Shown: piece after piece, positions 25,606-34,910 of the stretch
How the letters are laid out: each line of letters opens with the position of its first letter
How positions within the stretch are numbered: the stretch's first letter is position 1
Assembly: GCA_034666725.1 (NCBI GenBank)
Contig: JAXDLE010000011.1
Coordinates: forward strand, 1-53,407
Length of the DNA: 53,407 nucleotides
Direction: 5' to 3'
DNA from: Chloroflexota bacterium
GTDB taxonomy: Bacteria > Chloroflexota > Limnocylindria > Limnocylindrales > CSP1-4
Notes under the pieces: generated by a model
Databases searched by the model: none
What the model saw: the letters and a program-made list of their open reading frames with translations, nothing else
Told to the model about the DNA's origin: nothing
Translations under genes and position numbers: made by a program

Positions 25606-28014
25606 ATGCGCGCGCTGCCCGGGGGCACGCTAACTCTCATGTTCACGGACGTGGAGGGGTCAACTCGCGCTCTGGAGCAGCTGGGCGCAGAGGCATACGG
25701 CGCGGCGCTCGAGGAGCATCGCCGTCACGTTCGCGAGGCCATCGCGGGCGACGGCGTCGAGGTTGATACCCAGGGCGACGCGTTTTTCGTGGTGTTCGAG
25801 TCGGCCGCCGCGGCTGTCGAGGCCGCCCTGCGCATCCAGGCCGCGACGCGTCGCTCGCCGATTAAGGCGCGCATCGGGCTGCACACCGGAACCCCGGCAC
25901 GTAACGGCGACGGGTACATCGGCCAGGACGTTCACCTCGCGGCGCGCATAGCGGCCGCAGGGCACGGCGGCCAGATCCTGATGTCGCGGGCTACACACGA
26001 TGCGAGTGCCGCTCCCGGCGTAGACCTCGGCGAGCATCGCGTGAAGGACTTCACGCAACCGGTATGGATCTTCCAAGCCGGAGGAAGCCGCTTCCCGCCC
26101 ATTCGCACGATCTCCAACACCAATCTTCCGCGGCCGGCCTCGAACGTCATTGGACGCGAACGGGAACTCGCCGAGCTGCGCGAGCTCGTGCCCAGGAATA
26201 GGATCGTGACCCTCTTGGGACCCGGCGGCAGCGGCAAGACGCGGCTCGCGATCGAGGCCGCGACGGACCTCGTCAGCAACTTCAAGAACGGCGTCTTCTG
26301 GGTAGATCTGACACCGGTTACCGATCCCGCGCTTGTCCCGGACACTATCGCTTCCGCCCTGGGCGCCACCGGCAACCTGGCCGATTTCCTCGCCGCACGC
26401 GAAGTCCTGCTTCTGCTGGACAACTTCGAACAGGTCGTGGCCGCCGCACCCGCTGTAGCCGATCTTGTCGAGGGGTCGCCGCGCCTCGCGGTCATCGTTA
26501 CCAGCCGCGAACGACTGCGGGTGCGCGGCGAGCATGCCTATCCGGTCGGGCCGCTCAACGATCAACCGGCCGCGCACCTCTTTGCGGAACGCAGCGGGAT
26601 GGAGATCGACGACGACATCCGCGCGATATGCCGGGATCTCGACGGATTACCCCTGGCAATCGAACTCGCCGCCGCGCGGACATCGACCCTTTCGCCGAAG
26701 CAGCTTCGTCAGCGATTGGGCGATCGCCTGGACTTCCTCCGCGGCGGGCGCGACGCCTCGGACCGCCAGCGCACGTTGCGGGCAACGCTCGAGTGGTCGT
26801 TTGACCTGCTCAGTGAGGAGGAAAAGCGCGTATTCGCCCGTTTGTCCGTCTTTCGCGGTGGGTGCACTCCGGAAGCCGCAGAAACCGTGACCGGCGCCGA
26901 TATCGACCTGCTCGGGTCACTCGCGGACAAGAGCCTCATGCGACGCGAGGGCGAGCGATTGAAGATGCTCGAGACGCTCCGCGAGTTCGGCGCCGAACGG
27001 CTGGAGGAGATCGGCGAGGTCGAGCTGCTTCGCGGTCGCCACGCACAGAGTTTCGTCACCCTGACCGCGTCGTCCACCACGAACGGCTTGGTATGGCACT
27101 ACACACCGGAGTGGATGCGGATCTGTGCTCAAGAGCTCGACAACTTCCGCGCGGCCCTCGAGTGGTGCGACGCCAACGCGTCTTTCGAGGACCTTCGGGT
27201 GTTGACGATGGCGCTTTCAACGTATTGGCTCCAGGTCGGAGCCCAGATGGAAGCCGAGCGCTGGTTTACCCGCGTGCTGTCTCTGTTGCCAGACGACTCG
27301 CCGCGCCGCGCCGACATCCTGGCCATCTACGGCGAGTTCCCGCGCTATTCAGGTGAGCCCGAGCGCGCCCTCGAGATCAAGAAGCAGGCAATTGCGGCAT
27401 CCGCGGACAACCGCGGGCTGTATCTGGCCGTGCTCGCGGACCTCGCGTCGCTGTCGGCTGCCACGGGCGACGCTCGAGCAGCGACCGAGTGGGCCGAGAA
27501 GGCGGTCGCGGAACGGACGCTGGAAGGTTCGCCGATCGGGATAGGCCATGCCCTCGTTGGCCGCGGGGAGGCCGCGATCGCCCGGGGCGATATTCCAGAA
27601 GCGGAACGAGCTTTCAGGGAGGCCTACGAAACCAGCCGCGCGGCGCAAGATGACATCCAGGCGCTCGAGACGGGCTCAATGCTGGCCGAAGCCATGCGCC
27701 GGAATGGCAATGAGCTCGAGGCCGCAGCTCTCTTCAGGGAGCTGGGACGAGAGGGGGCCGAATGGGGCAGTCTGCCGACTGTCGTGTCGGGATTGCTGGG
27801 AGCCGCGCACTCATTGGCGGCAGCCGAGCCGGAGACGGCAGCTCAGATGGTGGCCATCGCGTCGGAGATGATGGCCACCACCAGCGCCCGACCCTACTGG
27901 GTTATCGCAGGGCTCGAACAGGTCAGAGCTGAGATCGAGCGGAACCTCGGTCCGACCTTGGCCGAGGAAGAGATCGCGAATGCGCGATTCCGCGATCCGC
28001 TGGAAGTCCTCTGA
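25606..28014 (+). CDS. Class III nucleotide cyclase / STAND (NB-ARC-like) ATPase / TPR multidomain protein
   Basis: The cyclase core is 'LTLMFTDVEGSTR...TQGDAFFVVFE...IGQDVHLAARI'. The Walker A motif is 'GPGGSGKTRLA'. 'LDGLPLAIELAAAR' is an NB-ARC/BTAD-type motif. The C-terminus has TPR-like repeats. Confidence 0.85.
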   Translation: MRALPGGTLTLMFTDVEGSTRALEQLGAEAYGAALEEHRRHVREAIAGDGVEVDTQGDAFFVVFESAAAAVEAALRIQAATRRSPIKARIGLHTGTPARNGDGYIGQDVHLAARIAAAGHGGQILMSRATHDASAAPGVDLGEHRVKDFTQPVWIFQAGGSRFPPIRTISNTNLPRPASNVIGRERELAELRELVPRNRIVTLLGPGGSGKTRLAIEAATDLVSNFKNGVFWVDLTPVTDPALVPDTIASALGATGNLADFLAAREVLLLLDNFEQVVAAAPAVADLVEGSPRLAVIVTSRERLRVRGEHAYPVGPLNDQPAAHLFAERSGMEIDDDIRAICRDLDGLPLAIELAAARTSTLSPKQLRQRLGDRLDFLRGGRDASDRQRTLRATLEWSFDLLSEEEKRVFARLSVFRGGCTPEAAETVTGADIDLLGSLADKSLMRREGERLKMLETLREFGAERLEEIGEVELLRGRHAQSFVTLTASSTTNGLVWHYTPEWMRICAQELDNFRAALEWCDANASFEDLRVLTMALSTYWLQVGAQMEAERWFTRVLSLLPDDSPRRADILAIYGEFPRYSGEPERALEIKKQAIAASADNRGLYLAVLADLASLSAATGDARAATEWAEKAVAERTLEGSPIGIGHALVGRGEAAIARGDIPEAERAFREAYETSRAAQDDIQALETGSMLAEAMRRNGNELEAAALFRELGREGAEWGSLPTVVSGLLGAAHSLAAAEPETAAQMVAIASEMMATTSARPYWVIAGLEQVRAEIERNLGPTLAEEEIANARFRDPLEVL

Positions 28015-28036
28015 GCTTCGAAACGGGTTCCCGGCG

Positions 28037-29278
28037 CTAGCCGGCGAGGACAGGTTCGCCCATTGCGTGTTCGCCCGCGGCCACGCCCAAAGACGCGCCC
28101 AGGAGAAGGGGCCGGCCCAGGCGGTTGTGGTACTGCGGCCGGAAGCGCTCGAGGTCGTACATGGTGTCGACGTCGACCTTGCGTGGGTTGCCAGGCTCGG
28201 GGATGGGCACGTGGGTGTACTTGCCGTCCTGGACGGCGATCATCCGCCCGGTCATGCCGCCTTCGCGGATCAGGTCGACCGCGATGTTGGCGAACGTGAT
28301 GGCCACCATCGTGTCGAGCGAGTCGGGATCGCCCGATCGGAGGTCGTAGGTCAGCTCCGACGAGACGGTTTCCTCGCCGCTGCGCTTCTTGATCTCGTCT
28401 GCCAGCGCCTCGCCGACGTCGACCTTGTGGCGATGGCCGAACGAGTCGGTGTCGCCGATCTCGGCGAGCGTCCCACCCTGCCAGATCGCGCCTTCACTCG
28501 CGATCACAAAGGCGTAGCGCGAGGGGTTGGCGTGCTTGTCCTCGAGGAGCACGCTCGTCAGGCGATCGAGGTCGAACACCGCCTCGGGGATGACGCAGCG
28601 CGCGCTGGTGACATACGCGGTGTAGAGGGCGCTGAACCCGGCGTCGCGGCCGAAGATCCGGAACACGCCGATCCGCTCATGCGAGCCGAGCGTCGTGCGC
28701 TGGCGCGTGATGAGCTCCTTGGCGCGGGTGATCGCCGACGAAAAGCCGATGCAGTACTCGGTCCCCTGGACGTCGTTGTCCATCGTCTTGGGGATGGCGA
28801 TGAGCGGCACGCCGGCACGGTCGAGCACCTTCGAATACGACAGCGTGTCGTCGCCGCCGATCGTCACGAGATAGTCGAGGCCCAGGTACTCGATGTTGTC
28901 GAGGACGAGCGGTGTCAGATCGTAGACATCGTCACTGACCTGGAGCTGCGCGGCGCGCTCAGGCGCGAGCCCGGCCGGCAGACGCCGTGCGGGCATGCGC
29001 GAGGGATTGGTGCGGCTGGTGTGGAGCATGGTGCCGCCCGACCGGTCGATGGTGCGGGTGTTGGTCCGATCGAGCTGGCGGACGTAGTCGGGGTCGGTCC
29101 GCCCACCGGCTGACAGTGCCTCGGCGCGGCGCATGTGCGTCAGCCCTTCCCAGCCGCGGCGGATGCCGATGACCTCGCAGCCGATCTCGGTCGCGTTGTA
29201 AACGACGCTCTTGATGACCGAGTTCAAGCCCGGGACGTCACCGCCGCCGGTCAGGATGCCTATTCGTCGAGCTGCCAC
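28037..29278 (-). CDS. pfp: 6-phosphofructokinase, predicted pyrophosphate-dependent
   Basis: Contains 'GILTGGGDVPGLN', 'TIGGDDT' and 'PKTMDND'. Asp and Lys occupy the positions equivalent to E. coli PfkA Gly104 and Gly124. That pair is the known signature of PPi-dependent enzymes. Confidence 0.85.
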   Translation of the reverse strand: MAARRIGILTGGGDVPGLNSVIKSVVYNATEIGCEVIGIRRGWEGLTHMRRAEALSAGGRTDPDYVRQLDRTNTRTIDRSGGTMLHTSRTNPSRMPARRLPAGLAPERAAQLQVSDDVYDLTPLVLDNIEYLGLDYLVTIGGDDTLSYSKVLDRAGVPLIAIPKTMDNDVQGTEYCIGFSSAITRAKELITRQRTTLGSHERIGVFRIFGRDAGFSALYTAYVTSARCVIPEAVFDLDRLTSVLLEDKHANPSRYAFVIASEGAIWQGGTLAEIGDTDSFGHRHKVDVGEALADEIKKRSGEETVSSELTYDLRSGDPDSLDTMVAITFANIAVDLIREGGMTGRMIAVQDGKYTHVPIPEPGNPRKVDVDTMYDLERFRPQYHNRLGRPLLLGASLGVAAGEHAMGEPVLAG

Positions 29279-29297
29279 CGATAAACCCCTTCTTGGC

Positions 29298-30218
29298 CTA
29301 GAGACCAGAGTAGGAGTGCAGGCCGCCGAAGAACAGGTTGCCGCCGAGATACGTGAAAAGGACGGCTGCGAAGCCGATCACCAGGATCAGGGCCGCGGGA
29401 CGGCCAGCCCAGCCGCGTTGGCTGCGGGCATGGAGATACACGGCATAGATGAGCCACGTGACGAGCGCGCTGGTCTCCTTGGGATCCCAGCCCCAATAGC
29501 GACCCCAGGCGATGCTCGCCCACCAGCTCCCCAGGACGATGAGCGTCGCGAAGATGGGGAAGCCGATGATCACTGCGCGGTAGGCAACCTCGTCCAGCAC
29601 CTTTGCCGGCGGCAGCCACGAGACCCGGTTCTCGCGGCCCTGGATGAGATAGCCCACGGCCGCGCCGAAACTCACCGCGAAGATGCCGTAGCTGATCATC
29701 GCCATCGCGACGTGGATGGTGAGCAGCGGGGGGTTGTCGAGCGCCGGTACGAGGTTGCTGATTTCCTGCGGCAGCGTGAAGGCGTAGCCCAATAGGAATG
29801 CCGCGACGCCGATCGGCAGGAAACCGATCGGGCGGATCGGGTAGCGCCGGCCCAGGTAGAGGTAACCACAGATGACCCCGAAGGCGAACGCGACACTGAA
29901 CTCATAGAGGTTGCCCCACGGGCCGCGGCCTACGAGATAAGCGCGCACGATGAGGCCTATCGCCAGCAGGACCGCCGACGCCCAGATGAAGACTTGGCCG
30001 ATCGATCCGGCCGACGTGGCGCTTGGTCCGGCCTGGCCGACTGACGGGCCGACAGACGTGCCCACTGAGACGGACGGGCCGCCTGCTGTGGCTACCGTGA
30101 GCGATTGGCGCCGCCCCGCGGCGAGCAGCGTCGTGTGCACGACGAGCAGCAGGAAGCCGATGAACGCCAGCACGGTGCCGACGTCGAATGCGTAATAGGA
30201 AAGCTTGGCCAGCGTCAT
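29298..30218 (-). CDS. ccsA: Cytochrome c biogenesis protein CcsA/ResC (system II heme handling)
   Basis: It is polytopic. The Trp-rich WWD motif is 'WGRYWGWDPKETSAL', and conserved His residues flank it. Confidence 0.85.
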   Translation of the reverse strand: MTLAKLSYYAFDVGTVLAFIGFLLLVVHTTLLAAGRRQSLTVATAGGPSVSVGTSVGPSVGQAGPSATSAGSIGQVFIWASAVLLAIGLIVRAYLVGRGPWGNLYEFSVAFAFGVICGYLYLGRRYPIRPIGFLPIGVAAFLLGYAFTLPQEISNLVPALDNPPLLTIHVAMAMISYGIFAVSFGAAVGYLIQGRENRVSWLPPAKVLDEVAYRAVIIGFPIFATLIVLGSWWASIAWGRYWGWDPKETSALVTWLIYAVYLHARSQRGWAGRPAALILVIGFAAVLFTYLGGNLFFGGLHSYSGL

Positions 30219-30233
30219 GAACCGCGCGACTCC

Positions 30234-30719
30234 CTAAGCGACCGCGGCACCACCGGCTGGCGGAGCTCCGCGCTTGCGAACAACCACTGGAGCCAGCGAC
30301 GCGCCGAGCTGATAGCGGGTTCCGCACGAGCGGCACAGCTGCTGGCCGGCAGGCCGGATGGTGTCGTCCACTGGGCAGCGCACCAGCAGGTCGTCGCGGT
30401 CAATGTCGCACTCGTGCGCAGTCGGCGGATAGACCAGGTGGTGGGTGGGGCAGTAGGGCGCATTCGCGGGGTATGTGAACGAACCATCGGCATTGGCCGC
30501 GATGAGCGTCGGCTGCGGGTCGTCGTAGCGCACCTTGCCGCGCTTTTCTCGCGCGCGAACGTAGAACCAGTAGAGAACGAGCAGCGACAGGCCGGGACCG
30601 AGGACGCCGAGAATGATCAAGATCGGCAGCAGCGCAATGAGGCCGTTCCAATCCGGGATGAGGATTGTCGAGAGCCATTGCAGGAACCCGGTCCACGGAT
30701 CTACCGGCGTCGGTGGCAT
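30234..30719 (-). CDS. Hypothetical membrane protein with a C-terminal Cys-rich (zinc-ribbon-like) region
   Basis: ORF trimmed to ATG 30719, 10 nt after the upstream stop. It has one or two TM helices (LIALLPILIILGVLGPGLSLLVLYWF). The Cys-rich region is 'CPTHH...HECDIDRDDLLVRCPVDD...CRSCG'. Confidence 0.55.
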   Translation of the reverse strand: MPPTPVDPWTGFLQWLSTILIPDWNGLIALLPILIILGVLGPGLSLLVLYWFYVRAREKRGKVRYDDPQPTLIAANADGSFTYPANAPYCPTHHLVYPPTAHECDIDRDDLLVRCPVDDTIRPAGQQLCRSCGTRYQLGASLAPVVVRKRGAPPAGGAAVA

Positions 30720-30729
30720 CGCTCGAAGT

Positions 30730-31206
30730 CTACCGCCGCTTCCCGTCGCGCGGCGGAGGTACGGATGGCCGGCGATTGCCAATGGCAGGGGTGTGCTTCA
30801 GCGAGGGCCGCGGCAGCAAAAGTCCCTCGAGCCACGCGAGCCGTGCGGTGTGCGCACCCAGGTGGCGGATCCGCTCGGTCAGCGCGCGATCGTCAGTGAC
30901 AACGGTCGTCATCGCGCGGCTGCCCAGCGGTGTGTCGCGCACGATGTTGAACAGCGCATCGTCGGCCGTGTGTGAGCCGGCATGGCGCACCTCGAGGCCG
31001 TTGCGGATCTTCTGAACGCGGCCGCTGCCCATCGCGGCGTGGCCGTCGAGCATCACCGTCGTATTGATGTTGATGGGGATCACTGATGCGAGACGCGGCA
31101 ACAGACCTCGCTGCGCGCCCTCGCCGGCGCTGCCCGACATGCGATGGAGCAGGTTGTTGCCGTCGATCAGCAGCACTTCGATCGCGGCAAACGGACCAGT
31201 GAACAT
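30730..31206 (-). CDS. NYN/YacP-like (PIN-related) RNA-nuclease-domain protein
   Basis: ORF trimmed to ATG 31206. 'VLLIDGNNLLH', '...TVMLDGH' and '...SHTADDALF...TTVVTDDRAL' follow the YacP/Rae1-type acidic-residue pattern. Confidence 0.6.
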   Translation of the reverse strand: MFTGPFAAIEVLLIDGNNLLHRMSGSAGEGAQRGLLPRLASVIPININTTVMLDGHAAMGSGRVQKIRNGLEVRHAGSHTADDALFNIVRDTPLGSRAMTTVVTDDRALTERIRHLGAHTARLAWLEGLLLPRPSLKHTPAIGNRRPSVPPPRDGKRR

Positions 31207-31223
31207 GCGCGACCATTGTCGCG

Positions 31224-31649
31224 GTGACGCGGCACAAGGTCTTGGGAGCATTCCTGGTGGCGTATGTGGTCGTCGCCGCGACCGGCTGTTACGAGCGCCC
31301 AGCGCCCAACTCCACGCGCTTGAGCTTTCCCGTCACGAACATGAGCGCCCAGGCAGCGACGCTGGAGATCCTTAACCCGGTCACCGGGGCGCCGGTAGGT
31401 AGGGTCACGCCCGGCGTCATCCCGCCCAATGGTCGGATGGTCGTGGTCCTCGAGGTGCCGCTCACCCCCGGCTGGGTGGTCTTCGTCAACAAGGGCAGGC
31501 CCACCGGGGGCGCGACATTCGGCGGCAATGAGCTTGCCGCCTGCGGGGGCGAGTTGAATGTCGAGATTTTCGTCGACCGCCGAGGTGCGCCTTCGTGGGG
31601 TGTGCCGTCGTCGGGTGCGCCGCAGGCCGATTGGTGCGGCGCTCCGTGA
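31224..31649 (+). CDS. Hypothetical lipoprotein
   Basis: GTG start. The signal peptide has a lipobox (FLVAYVVVAATGC). The mature part is beta-rich with no recognised domain. Confidence 0.55.
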   Translation: MTRHKVLGAFLVAYVVVAATGCYERPAPNSTRLSFPVTNMSAQAATLEILNPVTGAPVGRVTPGVIPPNGRMVVVLEVPLTPGWVVFVNKGRPTGGATFGGNELAACGGELNVEIFVDRRGAPSWGVPSSGAPQADWCGAP

Positions 31650-31889
31650 GGAGTGCGTCTGGCTCGAGGCGGTCCACAGTGATGGGGTCCACATTGATGG
31701 TTGTGAGTCCAATCGCGCCATCAAAGCTTCATCGCTGAGTCGGCCGGCCGCATCATCGGGCGCGACGTTGGCGATCGATCCGGACCTCCGACCCTGCCGC
31801 CTGATGGCGCGCACGCCATGAAAACGTGCGATCTGATGGCGCGATTGGCATCGAGCGAACAAGTGGGTCCTTCCCCGTAACATCGCGCC

Positions 31890-32705
31890 GTGCTGCTGCT
31901 CGTCGATCTCGATGGCGTCGTATACCGCGGAACACAGGCCGTGCCCGGGGTAGCTGGCGTGCTCAAGCGCCGCGCGGCGGCGGGCGATCGCGTCATGTAC
32001 GTGACCAACAACTCGCGCTGGCATCGCGCGGACTACCGGACACGCCTCGAGGGCCACGGCGTGCCGCTGGGTAACAGCTGGGACAGCATCGTCACGGCGG
32101 CGCGCGCGGCCGCGATCCTTCTTATGGAGCGCGACCCGAAGCCGCGCGTGGCCATGGTCTTCGGCGGTCCCGGCCTGGCGCGCGAGCTGCGCGACGTCGG
32201 CATTCGCACTGTGGGGCCGACGCCAGGTGGCCTGGCCACCAAACCGGACGTGGTCATAGTCGGCGTCGATTTCCAACTGTCCTACGCGCGCCTCTCGACT
32301 GCGGTCGAGGCGATCCGGCGTGGCGCGCTGTTCGTCGCCACGAACCGCGATCCGGTGTATCCCGGCCCCGACGGTCAGCTGATGGCCGGCGCCGGCGCGA
32401 TGGTCGCGGCGCTGGCTGCGGCGGCGATGCGCGAACCGGACCTGGTGGTCGGCAAGCCCGAACCGCGCCTTTTCGAGGCTGCGGCCGAGGTCGCCGGCAT
32501 GGACCTCCGTGACGCGATCGTCATCGGCGACGGCATCACGACCGACATACGCGCCGCTAATAGGGTTGGGGCGCGATCGGTGCTGATGTTGACCGGAGTG
32601 ACGACGCGCGACGACATCGCCCGATTTCCGGAGATCACGCCAACTCGGATCGCGGCGAACTCGAAGGAGCTTGAGCGGGCGCTTGCGGAGCTGTCCGCCC
32701 GCTAG
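31890..32705 (+). CDS. HAD-IIA family hydrolase (NagD-like sugar phosphatase)
   Basis: GTG start. Motif I is 'LLVDLDGVVY', with 'YVTNNS' following. 'VGKP' provides the motif III Lys and 'VIGDGITTDI' is motif IV. Confidence 0.8.
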   Translation: MLLLVDLDGVVYRGTQAVPGVAGVLKRRAAAGDRVMYVTNNSRWHRADYRTRLEGHGVPLGNSWDSIVTAARAAAILLMERDPKPRVAMVFGGPGLARELRDVGIRTVGPTPGGLATKPDVVIVGVDFQLSYARLSTAVEAIRRGALFVATNRDPVYPGPDGQLMAGAGAMVAALAAAAMREPDLVVGKPEPRLFEAAAEVAGMDLRDAIVIGDGITTDIRAANRVGARSVLMLTGVTTRDDIARFPEITPTRIAANSKELERALAELSAR

Positions 32706-32710
32706 CCCTC

Positions 32711-32744
32711 ATTCACGCTACGTAAATATTTACGCTGGGTGAAT
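32711..32744. other. AT-rich 34-bp imperfect palindrome between convergent genes (possible bidirectional terminator or binding site)
   Basis: The sequence is attcacgctacgtaaatatttacgctgggtgaat. Its central 14 bp (cgtaaatatttacg) are a perfect palindrome, and the outer attcac/gtgaat arms also pair. It is strikingly AT-rich for this genome. Confidence 0.5.
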
Positions 32745-32751
32745 ATGGTCC

Positions 32752-33822
32752 TCAGGCGAGGGCCGGCTCGGAAGAGGCGAAGGCCTCGAATTCACCGATC
32801 AGGCGCTCTCGCTCCGATTCGGTTTGATCGAGGAAGGCGACGCGGAGCGCGTGCATGTTCATGCGCCACAGGTCGGCCAGGGACACACCGATGATGTCGT
32901 GAGCGTTCGCGTACTCGCGCACGAGCGTCAGGTCTGACACGGTGCGATCGTCGGTCGATAGCGTGACCGGAACACCTGCTGCCAGGAGCTGGGGGAGCGG
33001 CACATCGGCCAGGGTGGCGAAGTTATCGGCCTGGACGTTGCTCGTGGGGCACACATCAAGAGTGACACCGCGCGCGACCAATTCAGCCATCAGCGCCTGG
33101 TCCTCCGCTGCCCGCGCGCCATGGGCGATCCGCGCCGGCGCCACCGCTTCCAGCGAGCGCCGCACCTGATCGGCGCCGCCCCATTCCCCCGCGTGGATGG
33201 TGATGCCGAGGCCCGCCTCGCGCGCAACATCGAAGGCACGCGCGTGAACGAGCGGATCGGGGAATGCTTCTTCCTGCCCCGCTAGGTCGAAGCCTGTCAG
33301 CCCCTGGCTGATGAACTCGGCGGCCGTCCGTGCCATCACCGCGTTCGCGTCCGGCGGATGCGAGCGCAGCGCCACCGCGACGAGCCGGGCAACGACACCG
33401 GTCGCGGCGGCAGCGTCGCGCGTGCCTGCCGCCACTGCCGCGATGCCATCGGCCAGTCCCAGGCCGCCGTTCACGTGGAGCAGCGGTCCCCACTTGATCT
33501 CGGCGTAGCGCGTCCCATCCGACGCGACGTCCTCGACCATCTCGTAAGCCGTCCGGTACAGCGCCTCCGCATCTTGCATGATCGCGATCGGCAGGTCGAA
33601 CGCGGCGAGCAGCTCCGCCTGGTCGGCACACTTCGCGGGCGCTTGCAGCCGCGCGGCCATCGCGGCCAGGTCCATGCCCTCGTCGAGGCCGCGTTGCCGC
33701 GCGAGCTCGAGTGCCGTCGCAGGGCGGAGCGAGCCGTCGAGGTGCAGGTGCAACTCGGCCTTGGGCATCCGCGCAAACAAGTCGCGCAACGCGGCTCCCC
33801 CAGGCAGGTCATGACCACCCAT
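32752..33822 (-). CDS. add: Adenosine deaminase
   Basis: ORF 32752..34191 trimmed to ATG 33822. It contains 'KAELHLHLDGS', 'ITIHAGE' and 'TLSTDD', which are the metal and catalytic motifs of the ADA family. Confidence 0.9.
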   Translation of the reverse strand: MGGHDLPGGAALRDLFARMPKAELHLHLDGSLRPATALELARQRGLDEGMDLAAMAARLQAPAKCADQAELLAAFDLPIAIMQDAEALYRTAYEMVEDVASDGTRYAEIKWGPLLHVNGGLGLADGIAAVAAGTRDAAAATGVVARLVAVALRSHPPDANAVMARTAAEFISQGLTGFDLAGQEEAFPDPLVHARAFDVAREAGLGITIHAGEWGGADQVRRSLEAVAPARIAHGARAAEDQALMAELVARGVTLDVCPTSNVQADNFATLADVPLPQLLAAGVPVTLSTDDRTVSDLTLVREYANAHDIIGVSLADLWRMNMHALRVAFLDQTESERERLIGEFEAFASSEPALA

Positions 33823-33875
33823 AACCCGATCGTACGGCAGCGGACCGCCCCTCGGCCGACCTAGACTCGCGATCA

Positions 33876-34910
33876 ATGGCCGCTCCAGCGTCACTTTCGT
33901 CCGCCGATAAGCCGCGCACGCTGCGGCTGCACCTGTGGTGGACGATGGTGCTCGTTCTTGCCTCCCTGGGTGGGGCGGGTCTCGCTGTGGCCGCCGACCG
34001 GCCGGGCAACCCGGTCCAGCGGCCCGAGCTGACCTATCGCGCCGACATGGCCGCGCAACCTTGGGTGGACCACCTCTTTGGCGATCTTGGCGCGGTCCGC
34101 GACGACGGCACCGAGCTTTCGAGCAACGGCCGCGACGTGCTCGGCAGCCTGTCGTCACTCGACCTGGATGGCGCGAACGCGGCGCTGGCACGGGGCGACC
34201 AGACGTCGGCCGCGATCGCCATGCTCATCAACGGGCTGCACGACACCGTCTCGCGCGCCCATGGCGCGGTCGACATGTGGCGGCTTGGGCCCTTGTGGGC
34301 GGACGTCTTCAATCAGATCGACGCGGCCATCGCTGCCGCCGACCAGCTGCCGGCCGATTGGGCGGCCATCTCTGCGACCGGCCGCCCTGTGACCGGCGTT
34401 GTTGATGCGCTCAACGCCCACGACCAGGCGGTGTTCCAGGCCACTGCCGCCGGACGCGAAGGCCGCTGGGCGGACGCGATCGCACTGCTCAACGGTGCGG
34501 CGGCCGACGCGCTGGCGATTGCCACTGGGGCTCGCGACCAGCTGGCCGCCGTCGCCCCGGTCGAAACGCTCGACGATCTGCTCGGCCGCGAGCGCGCCTA
34601 CGACGCCGCGCTCGCCGGGCTGTACCAATTTCTCGCCAATGGCGGCTCTCAGTCGGGCGATCAGTTCGTGGCGCTCAAAGCACAGGTCGATACGACGCAG
34701 GCCGCGCTGCCATCCGATAACGGCGCGCTCGTAGTGATCGTCGGTGAGGCCGCCGGGTTGCCGATAGCCGACCAGCTGCTTGCGATGGAACGGGCCCACG
34801 GCACGATCAACGACGCGCTCGAGGCCATCGCTGACGCCAAGAACGGCGGGCCGACGAGTGACGGCACGCCCGACGAGACCCCGCTCCCCGGCGAATCGGC
34901 CGCACCCTGA
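33876..34910 (+). CDS. Membrane-anchored Ala-rich hypothetical protein
   Basis: It has one N-terminal TM helix (LWWTMVLVLASLGGAGLAVAA). The extracytoplasmic part is long, helical and Ala/Asp-rich. The stop overlaps the next start (TGATG). Confidence 0.6.
   Translation: MAAPASLSSADKPRTLRLHLWWTMVLVLASLGGAGLAVAADRPGNPVQRPELTYRADMAAQPWVDHLFGDLGAVRDDGTELSSNGRDVLGSLSSLDLDGANAALARGDQTSAAIAMLINGLHDTVSRAHGAVDMWRLGPLWADVFNQIDAAIAAADQLPADWAAISATGRPVTGVVDALNAHDQAVFQATAAGREGRWADAIALLNGAAADALAIATGARDQLAAVAPVETLDDLLGRERAYDAALAGLYQFLANGGSQSGDQFVALKAQVDTTQAALPSDNGALVVIVGEAAGLPIADQLLAMERAHGTINDALEAIADAKNGGPTSDGTPDETPLPGESAAP

Noticed and set aside
27980-29113. 377-aa plus-strand ORF antisense to the phosphofructokinase gene
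   Set aside because: The PFK motifs are on the other strand, and this frame has no recognisable domain.
31167-32276. 369-aa minus-strand ORF spanning the lipoprotein and HAD-hydrolase genes
   Set aside because: It overlaps two plus-strand genes with clear signal-peptide/lipobox and HAD motifs. Its composition is Arg/His/Ala-rich and shadow-like.
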